Source of the DNA: Auanema rhodensis
Lineage: Eukaryota > Animalia > Nematoda
Length of the DNA: 64,000 nt
NCBI GenBank assembly: GCA_964057225.1
Contig: CAXKVF010000077.1
Span: 434,001 to 498,000 of the forward strand
Direction of reading: 5' to 3'
Positions within the stretch are counted from its first letter, which is position 1; every line of letters starts with the position of its first letter. Made by a program: the position numbers and the translations under genes. Under the pieces are notes generated by a model, which saw only the letters and a program-made list of their open reading frames with translations, was not told the origin of the DNA and did not search any database. Below, piece by piece: positions 15,001 through 30,000 of this stretch.

Positions 15001-18000
15001 AGTTACATACCAAGTGCACATCACGTGTACATTTAATTAGCATAAATTAAAGTTCACGTAAATTTCAAAGTCATGGTTACCATGCACCAATATCAATAAA
15101 AATTTGTTTTTAGACTAATATGGACATGGGGAATCTAATTTTAAAAACCGCATCTCTTTATCTTTCACGTGAAGCGAGTTACATACCTAGTGCACATCAC
15201 GTGTACATTTAATTAGCATAAATTAAAGTTCACGTAAATTTCAAAGTCATAGTTACCATGAACCAATATCAATAAAAATTTGTTTTTAGACTAATATGGA
15301 CATGGGGAATCTAATTTTGAAAACCGCATCTCTTTATCTTTCACGTGAAGCGAGTTACATACCAAGTGCACATCACGTGTACATTTAATTAGCATAAATT
15401 AAAGTTCACGTAAATTTCAAAGTCATGGTTACCATGAAGCAATATCAATAAAAATTTCTTTTAGACTAATATGGACATGGGGAATCTAATTTTGAAAACC
15501 GCATCTCTTTATCTTTCACGTGAAGCGAGTTACATACCAAGTGCACATCACGTGTACATTTAATTAGCATAAATTAAAGTTCACGTAAATTTCAAAGTCA
15601 TGGTTACCATGAACCAATATCAATAAAAATTTGTTTTTAGACTAATATGGACATGTGGAATCTAATTTTGAAAACCGCATCTCTTTATCTTTCACGTGAA
15701 GCGAGTTACATACCAAGTGCACATCACGTGTACATTTAATTAGCATAAATTAAAGTTCACGTAAATTTCAAAGTCATGGTTACCATGAAGCAATATCAAT
15801 AAAAATTTGTTTTTAGACTAATATGGACATGGGGGATCTAATTTTGAATACCGCATCTCTTTATCTTTCACGTGAAGCGAGTTACATACCAAGTGCACAT
15901 CACGTGTACATTTAATTAGCATAAATTAAAGTTCACGTAAATTTCAAAGTCATGGTTACCATGAACCAATATCAATAAAAATATGTTTTTAGACTAATAT
16001 GGACATGGGGAATCTAATTTTGAAAACCGCATCTCTTTATCTTTCACGTGAAGCGAGTTACATACCAAGTGCACATCACGTGTACATTTAATTAGCATAA
16101 ATTAAAGTTCACGTAAATTTCAAAGTCATGGTTACCATGAACCAATATCAATAAAAATTTGTTTTTAGACTAATATGGACATGGGAAATCTAATTTTGAA
16201 AACCGCATCTCTTTATCTTTCACGTGAAGCGAGTTACATACCAAGTGCACATCACGTGTACATTTAATTAGCATAAATTAAAGTTCACGTAAATTTCAAA
16301 GTCATGGTTACCATGCACCAATATCAATAAAAATTTGTTTTTAGACTAATATGGACATGGGGGATCTAATTTTGAAAACCGCATCTCTTTATCTTTCACG
16401 TGAAGCGAGTTACATACCAAGTGCACATCACGTGTACATTTAATTAGCATAAATTAAAGTTCACGTAAATTTCAAAGTCATGGTTACCATGAACCAATAT
16501 CAATAAAAATTTGTTTTTAGACTAATATGGACATGGGGAATCTAATTTTGAAATCCGCATCTCTTTATCTTTCACGTGAAGCGAGTTACATACCAAGTGC
16601 ACATCACGTGTACATTTAATTAGCATAAATTAAAGTTCACGTAAATTTCAAAGTCATGGTTACCATGAACCAATATCAATAAAAATTTGTTTTTAGACTA
16701 ATATGGACATGGGGAATCTAATTTTGAAAACCGCATCTCTTTATCTTTCACGTGAAGCGAGTTACATACCAAGTGCACATCACGTGTACATTTAATTAGC
16801 ATAAATTAAAGTTCACGTAAATTTCAAAGTCATGGTTACCATGCACCAATATCAATAAAAATTTGTTTTTAGACTAATATGGACATGGGGAATCTAATTT
16901 TGAAAACCGCATCTCTTCATCTTTCACGTGAAGCGAGTTACATACCAAGTGCACATCACGTGTACATTTAATTAGCATAAATTAAAGTTCACGTAAATTT
17001 CAAAGTCATGGTTACCATTCACCAATATCAATAAAAATTTGTTTTTAGACTAATATGGACATGGGGAATCTAATTTTGAAAACCGCATCTCTTTATCTTT
17101 CACGTGAAGCGAGTTACATACCAAGTGCACATCACGTGTACATTTAATTAGCATAAATTAAAGTTCACGTAAATTTCAAAGTCATGGTTACCATGAACCA
17201 ATATCAATAAAAATTTGTTTTTAGACTAATATGGACATGGGGAATCTAATTTTGAAAACCGCATCTCTTTATCTTTCACGTGAAGCGAGTTACATACCAA
17301 GTGCACATCACGTGTACATTTAATTAGCATAAATTAAAGTTCACGTAAATTTCAAAGTCATGGTTACCATGCACCAATATCAATAAAATTTTGTTTTTAG
17401 ACTAATATGGACATGGGGAATCTAATTTTGAAAACCGCATCTCTTTATCTTTCACGTGAAGCGAGTTACATACCAAGTGCACATCACGTGTACATTTAAT
17501 TAGCATAAATTAAAGTTCACGTAAATTTCAAAGTCATGGTTACCATGCACCAATATCAATAAAATTTTGTTTTTAGACTAATATGGACATGGGGAATCTA
17601 ATTTTGAAAACAGCATCTCTTCATCTTTCACGTGAAGCGAGTTACATACCAAGTGCACATCACGTGTACATTTAATTAGCATAAATTAAAGTTCACGTAA
17701 ATTTCAAAGTCATGGTTACCATGCACCAATATCAATAAAAATTTGTTTTTAGACTAATATGGACATGGGGAATCTAATTTTGAAAACCGCATCTCTTTAT
17801 CTTTCACGTGAAGCGAGTTACATACCAAGTGCACATCACGTGTACATTTAATTAGCATAAATTAAAGTTCACGTAAATTTCAAAGTCATGGTTACCATGA
17901 AGCAATATCAATAAAAATTTCTTTTAGACTAATATGGACATGGGAAATCTAATTTTGAAAACCGCATCTCTTTATCTTTCACGTGAAGCGAGTTACATAC

Positions 18001-21000
18001 CAAGTGCACATCACGTGTACATTTAATTAGCATAAATTAAAGTTCACGTAAATTTCAAAGTCATGGTTACCATGAACCAATATCAATAAAAATTTGTTTT
18101 TAGACTAATATGGACATGGGGAATCTAATTTTGAAAACCGCATCTCTTTATCTTTCACGTGAAGCGAGTTACATACCAAGTGCACATCACGTGTACATTT
18201 AATTAGCATAAATTAAAGTTCACGTAAATTTCAAAGTCATGGTTACCATGCACCAATATCAATAAAAATTTGTTTTTAGACTAATATGGACATGGGGGAT
18301 CTAATTTTGAAAACCGCATCTCTTTATCTTTCACGTGAAGCGAGTTACATACCAAGTGCACATCACGTGTACATTTAATTAGCATAAATTAAAGTTCACG
18401 TAAATTTCAAAGTCATGGTTACCATGAACCAATATCAATAAAAATTTGTTTTTAGACTAATATGGACATGGGGAATCTAATTTTGAAAACCGCATCTCTT
18501 TATCTTTCACGTGAAGCGAGTTACATACCAAGTGCACATCACGTGTACATTTAATTAGCATAAATTAAAGTTCACGTAAATTTCAAAGTCATGGTTACCA
18601 TGAACCAATATCAATAAAAATTTGTTTTTAGACTAATATGGACATGGGAAATCTAATTTTGAAAACCGCATCTCTTTATCTTTCACGTGAAGCGAGTTAC
18701 ATACCAAGTGCACATCACGTGTACATTTAATTAGCATAAATTAAAGTTCACGTAAATTTCAAAGTCATGGTTACCATGAAGCAATATCAATAAAAATTTG
18801 TTTTTAGACTAATATGGACATGGGGAATCTAATTTTGAAAACCGCATCTCTTTATCTTTCACGTGAAGCGAGTTACATACCAAGTGCACATCACGTGTAC
18901 ATTTAATTAGCATAAATTAAAGTTCACGTAAATTTCAAAGTCATGGTTACCATGAACCAATATCAATAAAAATTTGTTTTTAGACTAATATGGACATGGG
19001 GAATCTAATTTTGAAAACCGCATCTCTTTATCTTTCACGTGAAGCGAGTTACATACCAAGTGCACATCTCGTGTACATTTAATTAGCATAAATTAAAGTT
19101 CACGTAAATTTCAAAGTCATGGTTACCATGCACCAATATCAATAAAAATTTGTTTTTAGACTAATATGGACATGGGGAATCTAATTTTGAAAACCGCATC
19201 TCTTCATCTTTCACGTGAAGCGAGTTACATACCAAGTGCACATCACGTGTACATTTAATTAGCATAAATTAAAGTTCACGTAAATTTCAAAGTCATGGTT
19301 ACCATGAACCAATATCAATAAAAATTTGTTTTTAGACTAATATGGACATGGGGAATCTAATTTTGAAAACCGCATCTCTTCATCTTTCACGTGAAGCGAG
19401 TTACATACCAAGTGCACATCACGTGTACATTTAATTAGCATAAATTAAAGTTCACGTAAATTTCAAAGTCATGGTTACCATGAACCAATATCAATAAAAA
19501 TTTGTTTTTAGACTAATATGGACATGGGGAATCTAATTTTGAAAACCGCATCTCTTTATCTTTCACGTGAAGCGAGTTACATACCAAGTGCACATCACGT
19601 GTACATTTAATTAGCATAAATTAAAGTTCACGTAAATTTCAAAGTCATGGTTACCATGAACCAATATCAATAAAAATTTGTTTTTAGACTAATATGGACA
19701 TGGGGAATCTAATTTTGAAAACCGCATCTCTTTATCTTTCACGTGAAGCGAGTTACATACCAAGTGCACATCACGTGTACATTTAATTAGCATAAATTAA
19801 AGTTCACGTAAATTTCAAAGTCATAGTTACCATGAACCAATATCAATAAAAATTTGTTTTTAGACTAATATGGACATGGGGAATCTAATTTTGAAAACCG
19901 CATCTCTTTATCTTTCACGTGAAGCGAGTTACATACCAAGTGCACATCACGTGTACATTTAATTAGCATAAATTAAAGTTCACGTAAATTTCAAAGTCAT
20001 GGTTACCATGAACCAATATCAATAAAAATTTGTTTTTAGACTAATATGGACATGGGGAATCTAATTTTGAAAACCGCATCTCTTTATCTTTCACGTGAAG
20101 CGAGTTACATACCAAGTGCACATCACGTGTACATTTAATTAGCATAAATTAAAGTTCACGTAAATTTCAAAGTCATGGTTACCATGCACCAATATCAATA
20201 AAAATTTGTTTTTAGACTAATATGGACATGGGGAATCTAATTTTGAAAACCGCATCTCTTCATCTTTCACGTGAAGCGAGTTACATACCAAGTGCACATC
20301 ACGTGTACATTTAATTAGCATAAATTAAAGTTCACGTAAATTTCAAAGTCATGGTTACCATGAACCAATATCAATAAAAATTTGTTTTTAGACTAATATG
20401 GACATGGGGAATCTAATTTTGAAAACCGCATCTCTTTATCTTTCACGTGAAGCGAGTTACATACCAAGTGCACATCACGTGTACATTTAATTAGCATAAA
20501 TTAAAGTTCACGTAAATTTCAAAGTCATGGTTACCATGAACCAATATCAATAAAAATTTGTTTTTAGACTAATATGGACATGGGGAATCTAATTTTGAAA
20601 ACCGCATCTCTTTATCTTTCACGTGAAGCGAGTTACATACCAAGTGCACATCACGTGTACATTTAATTAGCATAAATTAAAGTTCACGTAAATTTCAAAG
20701 TCATGGTTACCATGAACCAATATCAATAAAAATTTGTTTTTAGACTAATATGGACATGGGGAATCTAATTTTGAAAACCGCATCTCTTTATCTTTCACGT
20801 GAAGCGAGTTACATACCAAGTGCACATCACGTGTACATTTAATTAGCATAAATTAAAGTTCACGTAAATTTCAAAGTCATGGTTACCATGAACCAATATC
20901 AATAAAAATTTGTTTTTAGACTAATATGGACATGGGGAATCTAATTTTGAAAACCGCATCTCTTTATCTTTCACGTGAAGCGAGTTACATACCAAGTGCA

Positions 21001-24000
21001 CATCACGTGTACATTTAATTAGCATAAATTAAAGTTCACGTAAATTTCAAAGTCATGGTTACCATGAACCAATATCAATAAAAATTTGTTTTTAGACTAA
21101 TATGGACATGGGAAATCTAATTTTGAAAACCGCATCTCTTTATCTTTCACGTGAAGCGAGTTACATACCAAGTGCACATCACGTGTACATTTAATTAGCA
21201 TAAATTAAAGTTCACGTAAATTTCAAAGTCATGGTTACCATGAAGCAATATCAATAAAAATTTGTTTTTAGACTAATATGGACATGGGGAATCTAATTTT
21301 GAAAACCGCATCTCTTTATCTTTCACGTGAAGCGAGTTACATACCAAGTGCACATCACGTGTACATTTAATTAGCATAAATTAAAGTTCACGTAAATTTC
21401 AAAGTCATGGTTACCATGCACCAATATCAATAAAAATTTGTTTTTAGATTAATATGGACATGGGGGATCTAATTTTGAAAACCGCATCTCTTTATCTTTC
21501 ACGTGAAGCAAGTTACATACCAAGTGCACATCACGTGTACATTTAATTAGCATAAATTAAAGTTCACGTAAATTTCAAAGTCATGGTTACCATGAACCAA
21601 TATCAATAAAAATTTGTTTTTAGACTAATATGGACATGGGGAATCTAATTTTGAAAACCGCATCTCTTTATCTTTCACGTGAAGCGAGTTACATACCAAG
21701 TGCACATCACGTGTACATTTAATTAGCATAAATTAAAGTTCACGTAAATTTCAAAGTCATGGTTACCATGAACCAATATTAATAAAAATTTGTTTTTAGA
21801 CTAATATGGACATGGGGAATCTAATTTTGAAAACCGCATCTCTTTATCTTTCACGTGAAGCGAGTTACATACCAAGTGCACATCACGTGTACATTTAATT
21901 AGCATAAATTAAAGTTCACGTAAATTTCAAAGTCATGGTTACCATGCACCAATATCAATAAAAATTTGTTTTTAGACTAATATGGACATGGGGAATCTAA
22001 TTTTGAAAACCGCATCTCTTCATCTTTCACGTGAAGCGAGTTACATACCAAGTGCACATCACGTGTACATTTAATTAGCATAAATTAAAGTTCACGTAAA
22101 TTTCAAAGTCATGGTTACCATTCACCAATATCAATAAAAATTTGTTTTTAGACTAATATGGACATGGGGAATCTAATTTTGAAAACCGCATCTCTTTATC
22201 TTTCACGTGAAGCGAGTTACATACCAAGTGCACATCACGTGTACATTTAATTAGCATAAATTAAAGTTCACGTAAATTTCAAAGTCATGGTTACCATGAA
22301 CCAATATCAATAAAAATTTGTTTTTAGACTAATATGGACATGGGGAATCTAATTTTGAAAACCGCATCTCTTTATCTTTCCGTGAAGCGAGTTACATACC
22401 AAGTGCACATCACGTGTACATTTAATTAGCATAAATTAAAGTTCACGTAAATTTCAAAGTCATGGTTACCATGCACCAATATCAATAAAATTTTGTTTTT
22501 AGACTAATATGGACATGGGGAATCTAATTTTGAAAACCGCATCTCTTTATCTTTCACGTGAAGCGAGTTACATACCAAGTGCACATCACGTGTACATTTA
22601 ATTAGCATAAATTAAAGTTCACGTAAATTTCAAAGTCATGGTTACCATGCACCAATATCAATAAAATTTTGTTTTTAGACTAATATGGACATGGGGAATC
22701 TAATTTTGAAAACAGCATCTCTTCATCTTTCACGTGAAGCGAGTTACATACCAAGTGCACATCACGTGTACATTTAATTAGCATAAATTAAAGTTCACGT
22801 AAATTTCAAAGTCATGGTTACCATGCACCAATATCAATAAAAATTTGTTTTTAGACTAATATGGACATGGGGAATCTAATTTTGAAAACCGCATCTCTTT
22901 ATCTTTCACGTGAAGCGAGTTACATACCAAGTGCACATCACGTGTACATTTAATTAGCATAAATTAAAGTTCACGTAAATTTCAAAGTCATGGTTACCAT
23001 GCACCAATATCAATAAAAATTTGTTTTTAGACTAATATGGACATGGGGAATCTAATTTTGAAAACCGCATCTCTTTATCTTTCACGTGAAGCGAGTTACA
23101 TACCAAGTGCACATCACGTGTACATTTAATTAGCATAAATTAAAGTTCACGTAAATTTCAAAGTCATGGTTACCATGAACCAATATCAATAAAAATTTGT
23201 TTTTAGACTAATATGGACATGGGGAATCTAATTTTGAAAACCGCATCTCTTTATCTTTCACGTGAAGCGAGTTACATACCAAGTGCACATCACGTGTACA
23301 TTTAATTAGCATAAATTAAAGTTCACGTAAATTTCAAAGTCATGGTTACCATACACCAATATCAATAAAAATTTGTTTTTAGACTAATATGGACATGGGG
23401 AATCTAATTTTGAAAACCGCATCTCTTTATCTTTCACGTGAAGCGAGTTACATACCAAGTGCACATCACGTGTACATTTAATTAGCATAAATTAAAGTTC
23501 ACGTAAATTTCAAAGTCATGGTTACCATGCACCAATATCAATAAAAATTTGTTTTTAGACTAATATGGACATGGGGAATCTAATTTTGAAAACCGCATCT
23601 CTTTATCTTTCACGTGAAGCGAGTTACATACCAAGTGCACATCACGTGTACATTTAATTAGCATAAATTAAAGTTCACGTAAATTTCAAAGTCATGGTTA
23701 CCATGAACCAATATCAATAAAAATTTGTTTTCAGACTAATATGGACATGGGGAATCTAATTTTGAAAACCGCATCTCTTTATCTTTCACGTGAAGCGAGT
23801 TACATACCAAGTGCACATCACGTGTACATTTAATTAGCATAAATTAAAGTTCACGTAAATTTCAAAGTCATGGTTACCATGCACCAATATCAATAAAAAT
23901 TTGTTTTTAGACTAATATGGACATGGGGAATCTAATTTTGAAAACCGCATCTCTTCATCTTTCACGTGAAGCGAGTTACATACCAAGTGCACATCACGTG

Positions 24001-27000
24001 TACATTTAATTAGCATAAATTAAAGTTCACGTAAATTTCAAAGTCATGGTTACCATTCACCAATATCAATAAAAATTTGTTTTTAGACTAATATGGACAT
24101 GGGGAATCTAATTTTGAAAACCGCATCTCTTTATCTTTCACGTGAAGCGAGTTACATACCAAGTGCACATCACGTGTACATTTAATTAGCATAAATTAAA
24201 GTTCACGTAAATTTCAAAGTCATGGTTACCATGAACCAATATCAATAAAAATTTGTTTTCAGACTAATATGGACATGGGGAATCTAATTTTGAAAACCGC
24301 ATCTCTTTATCTTTCACGTGAAGCGAGTTACATACCAAGTGCACATCACGTGTACATTTAATTTGCATAAATTAAAGTTCACGTAAATTTCAAAGTCATG
24401 GTTACCATGCACCAATATCAATAAAAATTTGTTTTTAGACTAATATGGACATGGGGAATCTAATTTTGAAAACCGCATCTCTTTATCTTTCACGTGAAGC
24501 GAGTTACATACCAAGTGCACATCACGTGTACATTTAATTAGCATAAATTAAAGTTCACGTAAATTTCAAAGTCATGGTTACCATGAACCAATATCAATAA
24601 AAATTTGTTTTTAGACTAATATGGACATGGGGAATCTAATTTTGAAAACCGCATCTCTTTATCTTTCACGTGAAGCGAGTTACATACCAAGTGCACATCA
24701 CGTGTACATTTAATTAGCATAAATTAAAGTTCACGTAAATTTCAAAGTCATGGTTACCATGCACCAATATCAATAAAATTTTGTTTTTAGACTAATATGG
24801 ACATGGGGAATCTAATTTTGAAAACCGCATCTCTTTATCTTTCACGTGAAGCGAGTTACATACCAAGTGCACATCACGTGTACATTTAATTAGCATAAAT
24901 TAAAGTTCACGTAAATTTCAAAGTCATGGTTACCATACACCAATATCAATAAAAATTTGTTTTTAGACTAATATGGACATGGGGAATCTAATTTTGAAAA
25001 CCGCATCTCTTTATCTTTCACGTGAAGCGAGTTACATACCAAGTGCACATCACGTGTACATTTAATTAGCATAAATTAAAGTTCACGTAAATTTCAAAGT
25101 CATGGTTACCATGCACCAATATCAATAACAATTTGTTTTTAGACTAATATGGACATGGGGAATCTAATTTTGAAAACCGCATCTCTTTATCTTTCACGTG
25201 AAGCGAGTTACATACCAAGTGCACATCACGTGTACATTTAATTAGCATAAATTAAAGTTCACGTAAATTTCAAAGTCATGGTTACCATGAACCAATATCA
25301 ATAAAAATTTGTTTTCAGACTAATATGGACATGGGGAATCTAATTTTGAAAACCGCATCTCTTTATCTTTCACGTGAAGCGAGTTACATACCAAGTGCAC
25401 ATCACGTGTACATTTAATTTGCATAAATTAAAGTTCACGTAAATTTCAAAGTCATGGTTACCATGCACCAATATCAATAAAAATTTGTTTTTAGACTAAT
25501 ATGGACATGGGGAATCTAATTTTGAAAACCGCATCTCTTTATCTTTCACGTGAAGCGAGTTACATACCAAGTGCACATCACGTGTACATTTAATTAGCAT
25601 AAATTAAAGTTCACGTAAATTTCAAAGTCATGGTTACCATGCACCAATATCAATAAAAATTTGTTTTTAGACTAATATGGACATGGGGAATCTAATTTTG
25701 AAAACCGCATCTCTTTATCTTTCACGTGAAGCGAGTTACATACCAAGTGCACATCACGTGTACATTTAATTAGCATAAATTAAAGTTCACGTAAATTTCA
25801 AAGTCATGGTTACCATGCACCAATATCAATAAAAATTTGTTTTTAGACTAATATGGACATGGGGAATCTAATTTTGAAAACCGCATCTCTTCATCTTTCA
25901 CGTGAAGCGAGTTACATACCAAGTGCACATCACGTGTACATTTAATTAGCATAAATTAAAGTTCACGTAAATTTCAAAGTCATGGTTACCATGCACCAAT
26001 ATCAATAAAAATTTGTTTTTAGACTAATATGGACATGGGGAATCTAATTTTGAAAACCGCATCTCTTTATCTTTCACGTGAAGCGAGTTACATACCAAGT
26101 GCACATCACGTGTACATTTAATTAGCATAAATTAAAGTTCACGTAAATTTCAAAGTCATGGTTACCATGAACCAATATCAATAAAAATTTGTTTTTAGAC
26201 TAATATGGACATGGGGAATCTAATTTTGAAAACCGCATCTCTTTATCTTTCACGTGAAGCGAGTTACATACCAAGTGCACATCACGTGTACATTTAATTA
26301 GCATAAATTAAAGTTCACGTAACTTTCAAAGTCATGGTTACCATGCACCAATATCAATAAAAATTTGTTTTTAGACTAATATGGACATGGGGAATATAAT
26401 TTTGAAAACCGCATCTCTTTATCTTTCACGTGAAGCGAGTTTCATACCAAGTGCACATCACGTGTACATTTAATTAGCATAAATTAAAGTTCACGTAAAT
26501 TTCAAAGTCATGGTTACCATGCACCAATATCAATAAAAATTTGTTTTTAGACTAATATGGACATGGGGAATCTAATTTTGAAAACCGCATCTCTTTATCT
26601 TTCACGTGAAGCGAGTTACATACCAAGTGCACATCACGTGTACATTTAATTAGCATAAATTAAAGTTCACGTAAATTTCAAAGTCATGGTTACCATGCAC
26701 CAATATCAATAAAAATTTGTTTTTAGACTAATATGGACATGGGGAATCTAATTTTGAAAACCGCATCTCTTTATCTTTCACGTGAAGCGAGTTACATACC
26801 AAGTGCACATCACGTGTACATTTAATTAGCATAAATTAAAGTACACGTAAATTTCAAAGTCATGGTTACCATGAACCAATATCAATAAAAATTTGTTTTT
26901 AGACTAATATGGACATGGGGAATCTAATTTTGAAAACCGCATCTCTTTATCTTTCACGTGAAGCGAGTTACATACCAAGTGCACACCACGTGTACATTTA

Positions 27001-30000
27001 ATTAGCATAAATTAAAGTTCACGTAAATTTCAAAGTCATGGTTACCATACACCAATATCAATAAAAATTTGTTTTTAGACTAATATGGACATGGGGAATC
27101 TAATTTTGAAAACCGCATCTCTTTATCTTTCACGTGAAGCGAGTTACATACCAAGTGCACATCACGTGTACATTTAATTAGCATAAATTAAAGTTCACGT
27201 AAATTTCAAAGTCATGGTTACCATGCACCAATATCAATAACAATTTGTTTTTAGACTAATATGGACATGGGGAATCTAATTTTGAAAACCGCATCTCTTT
27301 ATCTTTCACGTGAAGCGAGTTACATACCAAGTGCACATCACGTGTACATTTAATTAGCATAAATTAAAGTTCACGTAAATTTCAAAGTCATGGTTACCAT
27401 GCACCAATATCAATAAAAATTTGTTTTCAGACTAATATGGACATGGGGAATCTAAGTTTGAAAACCGCATCTCTTTATCTTTCACGTGAAGCGAGTTACA
27501 TACCAAGTGCACATCACGTGTACATTTAATTTGCATAAATTAAAGTTCACGTAAATTTCAAAGTCATGGTTACCATGCACCAATATCAATAAAAATTTGT
27601 TTTTAGACTAATATGGACATGGGGAATCTAATTTTGAAAACCGCATCTCTTTATCTTTCACGTGAAGCGAGTTACATACCAAGTGCACATCACGTGTACA
27701 TTTAATTAGCATAAATTAAAGTTCACGTAAATTTCAAAGTCATGGTTACCATGCACCAATATCAATAAAAATTTGTTTTTAGACTAATATGGACATGGGG
27801 AATCTAATTTTGAAAACCGCATCTCTTTATCTTTCACGTGAAGCGAGTTACATACCAAGTGCACATCACGTGTACATTTAATTAGCATAAATTAAAGTTC
27901 ACGTAAATTTCAAAGTCATGGTTACCATGCACCAATATCAATAAAAATTTGTTTTTAGACTGATATGGACATGGGGAATCTAATTTTGAAAACCGCATCT
28001 CTTCATCTTTCACGTGAAGCGAGTTACATACCAAGTGCACATCACGTGTACATTTAATTAGCATAAATTAAAGTTCACGTAAATTTCAAAGTCATGGTTA
28101 CCATGCACCAATATCAATAAAAATTTGTTTTTAGACTAATATGGACATGGGGAATCTAATTTTGAAAACCGCATCTCTTTATCTTTCACGTGAAGCGAGT
28201 TACATACCAAGTGCACATCACGTGTACATTTAATTAGCATAAATTAAAGTTCACGTAAATTTCAAAGTCATGGTTACCATGAACCAATATCAATAAAAAT
28301 TTGTTTTTAGACTAATATGGACATGGGGAATCTAATTTTGAAAACCGCATCTCTTTATCTTTCACGTGAAGCGAGTTACATACCAAGTGCACATCACGTG
28401 TACATTTAATTAGCATAAATTAAAGTTCACGTAACTTTCAAAGTCATGGTTACCATGCACCAATATCAATAAAAATTTGTTTTTAGACTAATATGGACAT
28501 GGGGAATATAATTTTGAAAACCGCATCTCTTTATCTTTCACGTGAAGCGAGTTTCATACCAAGTGCACATCACGTGTACATTTAATTAGCATAAATTAAA
28601 GTTCACGTAAATTTCAAAGTCATGGTTACCATGCACCAATATCAATAAAAATTTGTTTTTAGACTAATATGGACATGGGGAATCTAATTTTGAAAACCGC
28701 ATCTCTTTATCTTTCACGTGAAGCGAGTTACATACCAAGTGCACATCACGTGTACATTTAATTAGCATAAATTAAAGTTCACGTAAATTTCAAAGTCATG
28801 GTTACCATGAAGCAATATCAATAAAAATTTGTTTTTAGACTAATATGGACATGGGGAATCTAATTTTGAAAACCGCATCTCTTTATCTTTCACGTGAAGC
28901 GAGTTACATACCAAGTGCACATCACGTGTACATTTAATTAGCATAAATTAAAGTTCACGTAAATTTCAAAGTCATGGTTACCATACACCAATATCAATAA
29001 AAATTTGTTTTTAGACTAATATGGACATGGGGAATCTAATTTTGAAAACCGCATCTCTTTATCTTTCACGTGAAGCGAGTTACATACCAAGTGCACATCA
29101 CGTGTACATTTAATTAGCATAAATTAAAGTTCACGTAAATTTCAAAGTCATGGTTACCATGCACCAATATCAATAACAATTTGTTTTTAGACTAATATGG
29201 ACATGGGGAATCTAATTTTGAAAACCGCATCTCTTTATCTTTCACGTGAAGCGAGTTACATACCAAGTGCACATCACGTGTACATTTAATTAGCATAAAT
29301 TAAAGTTCACGTAAATTTCAAAGTCATGGTTACCATGCACCAATATCAATAAAAATTTGTTTTCAGACTAATATGGACATGGGGAATCTAAGTTTGAAAA
29401 CCGCATCTCTTTATCTTTCACGTGAAGCGAGTTACATACCAAGTGCACATCACGTGTACATTTAATTTGCATAAATTAAAGTTCACGTAAATTTCAAAGT
29501 CATGGTTACCATGCACCAATATCAATAAAAATTTGTTTTTAGACTAATATGGACATGGGGAATCTAATTTTGAAAACCGCATCTCTTTATCTTTCACGTG
29601 AAGCGAGTTACATACCAAGTGCACATCACGTGTACATTTAATTAGCATAAATTAAAGTTCACGTAAATTTCAAAGTCATGGTTACCATGCACCAATATCA
29701 ATAAAAATTTGTTTTTAGACTAATATGGACATGGGGAATCTAATTTTGAAAACCGCATCTCTTTATCTTTCACGTGAAGCGAGTTACATACCAAGTGCAC
29801 ATCACGTGTACATTTAATTAGCATAAATTAAAGTTCACGTAAATTTCAAAGTCATGGTTACCATGCACCAATATCAATAAAAATTTGTTTTTAGACTGAT
29901 ATGGACATGGGGAATCTAATTTTGAAAACCGCATCTCTTCATCTTTCACGTGAAGCGAGTTACATACCAAGTGCACATCACGTGTACATTTAATTAGCAT

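Noticed and set aside
27882-30000. Two identical 60-aa minus-strand ORFs (27882-28064 and 29818-30000), and a similar one at 58737-58919
   Set aside because: They are translations of the satellite in monomers where a ctaat>ctgat variant removes a stop. Their duplication reflects the 11-mer repeat, and there is no coding evidence.
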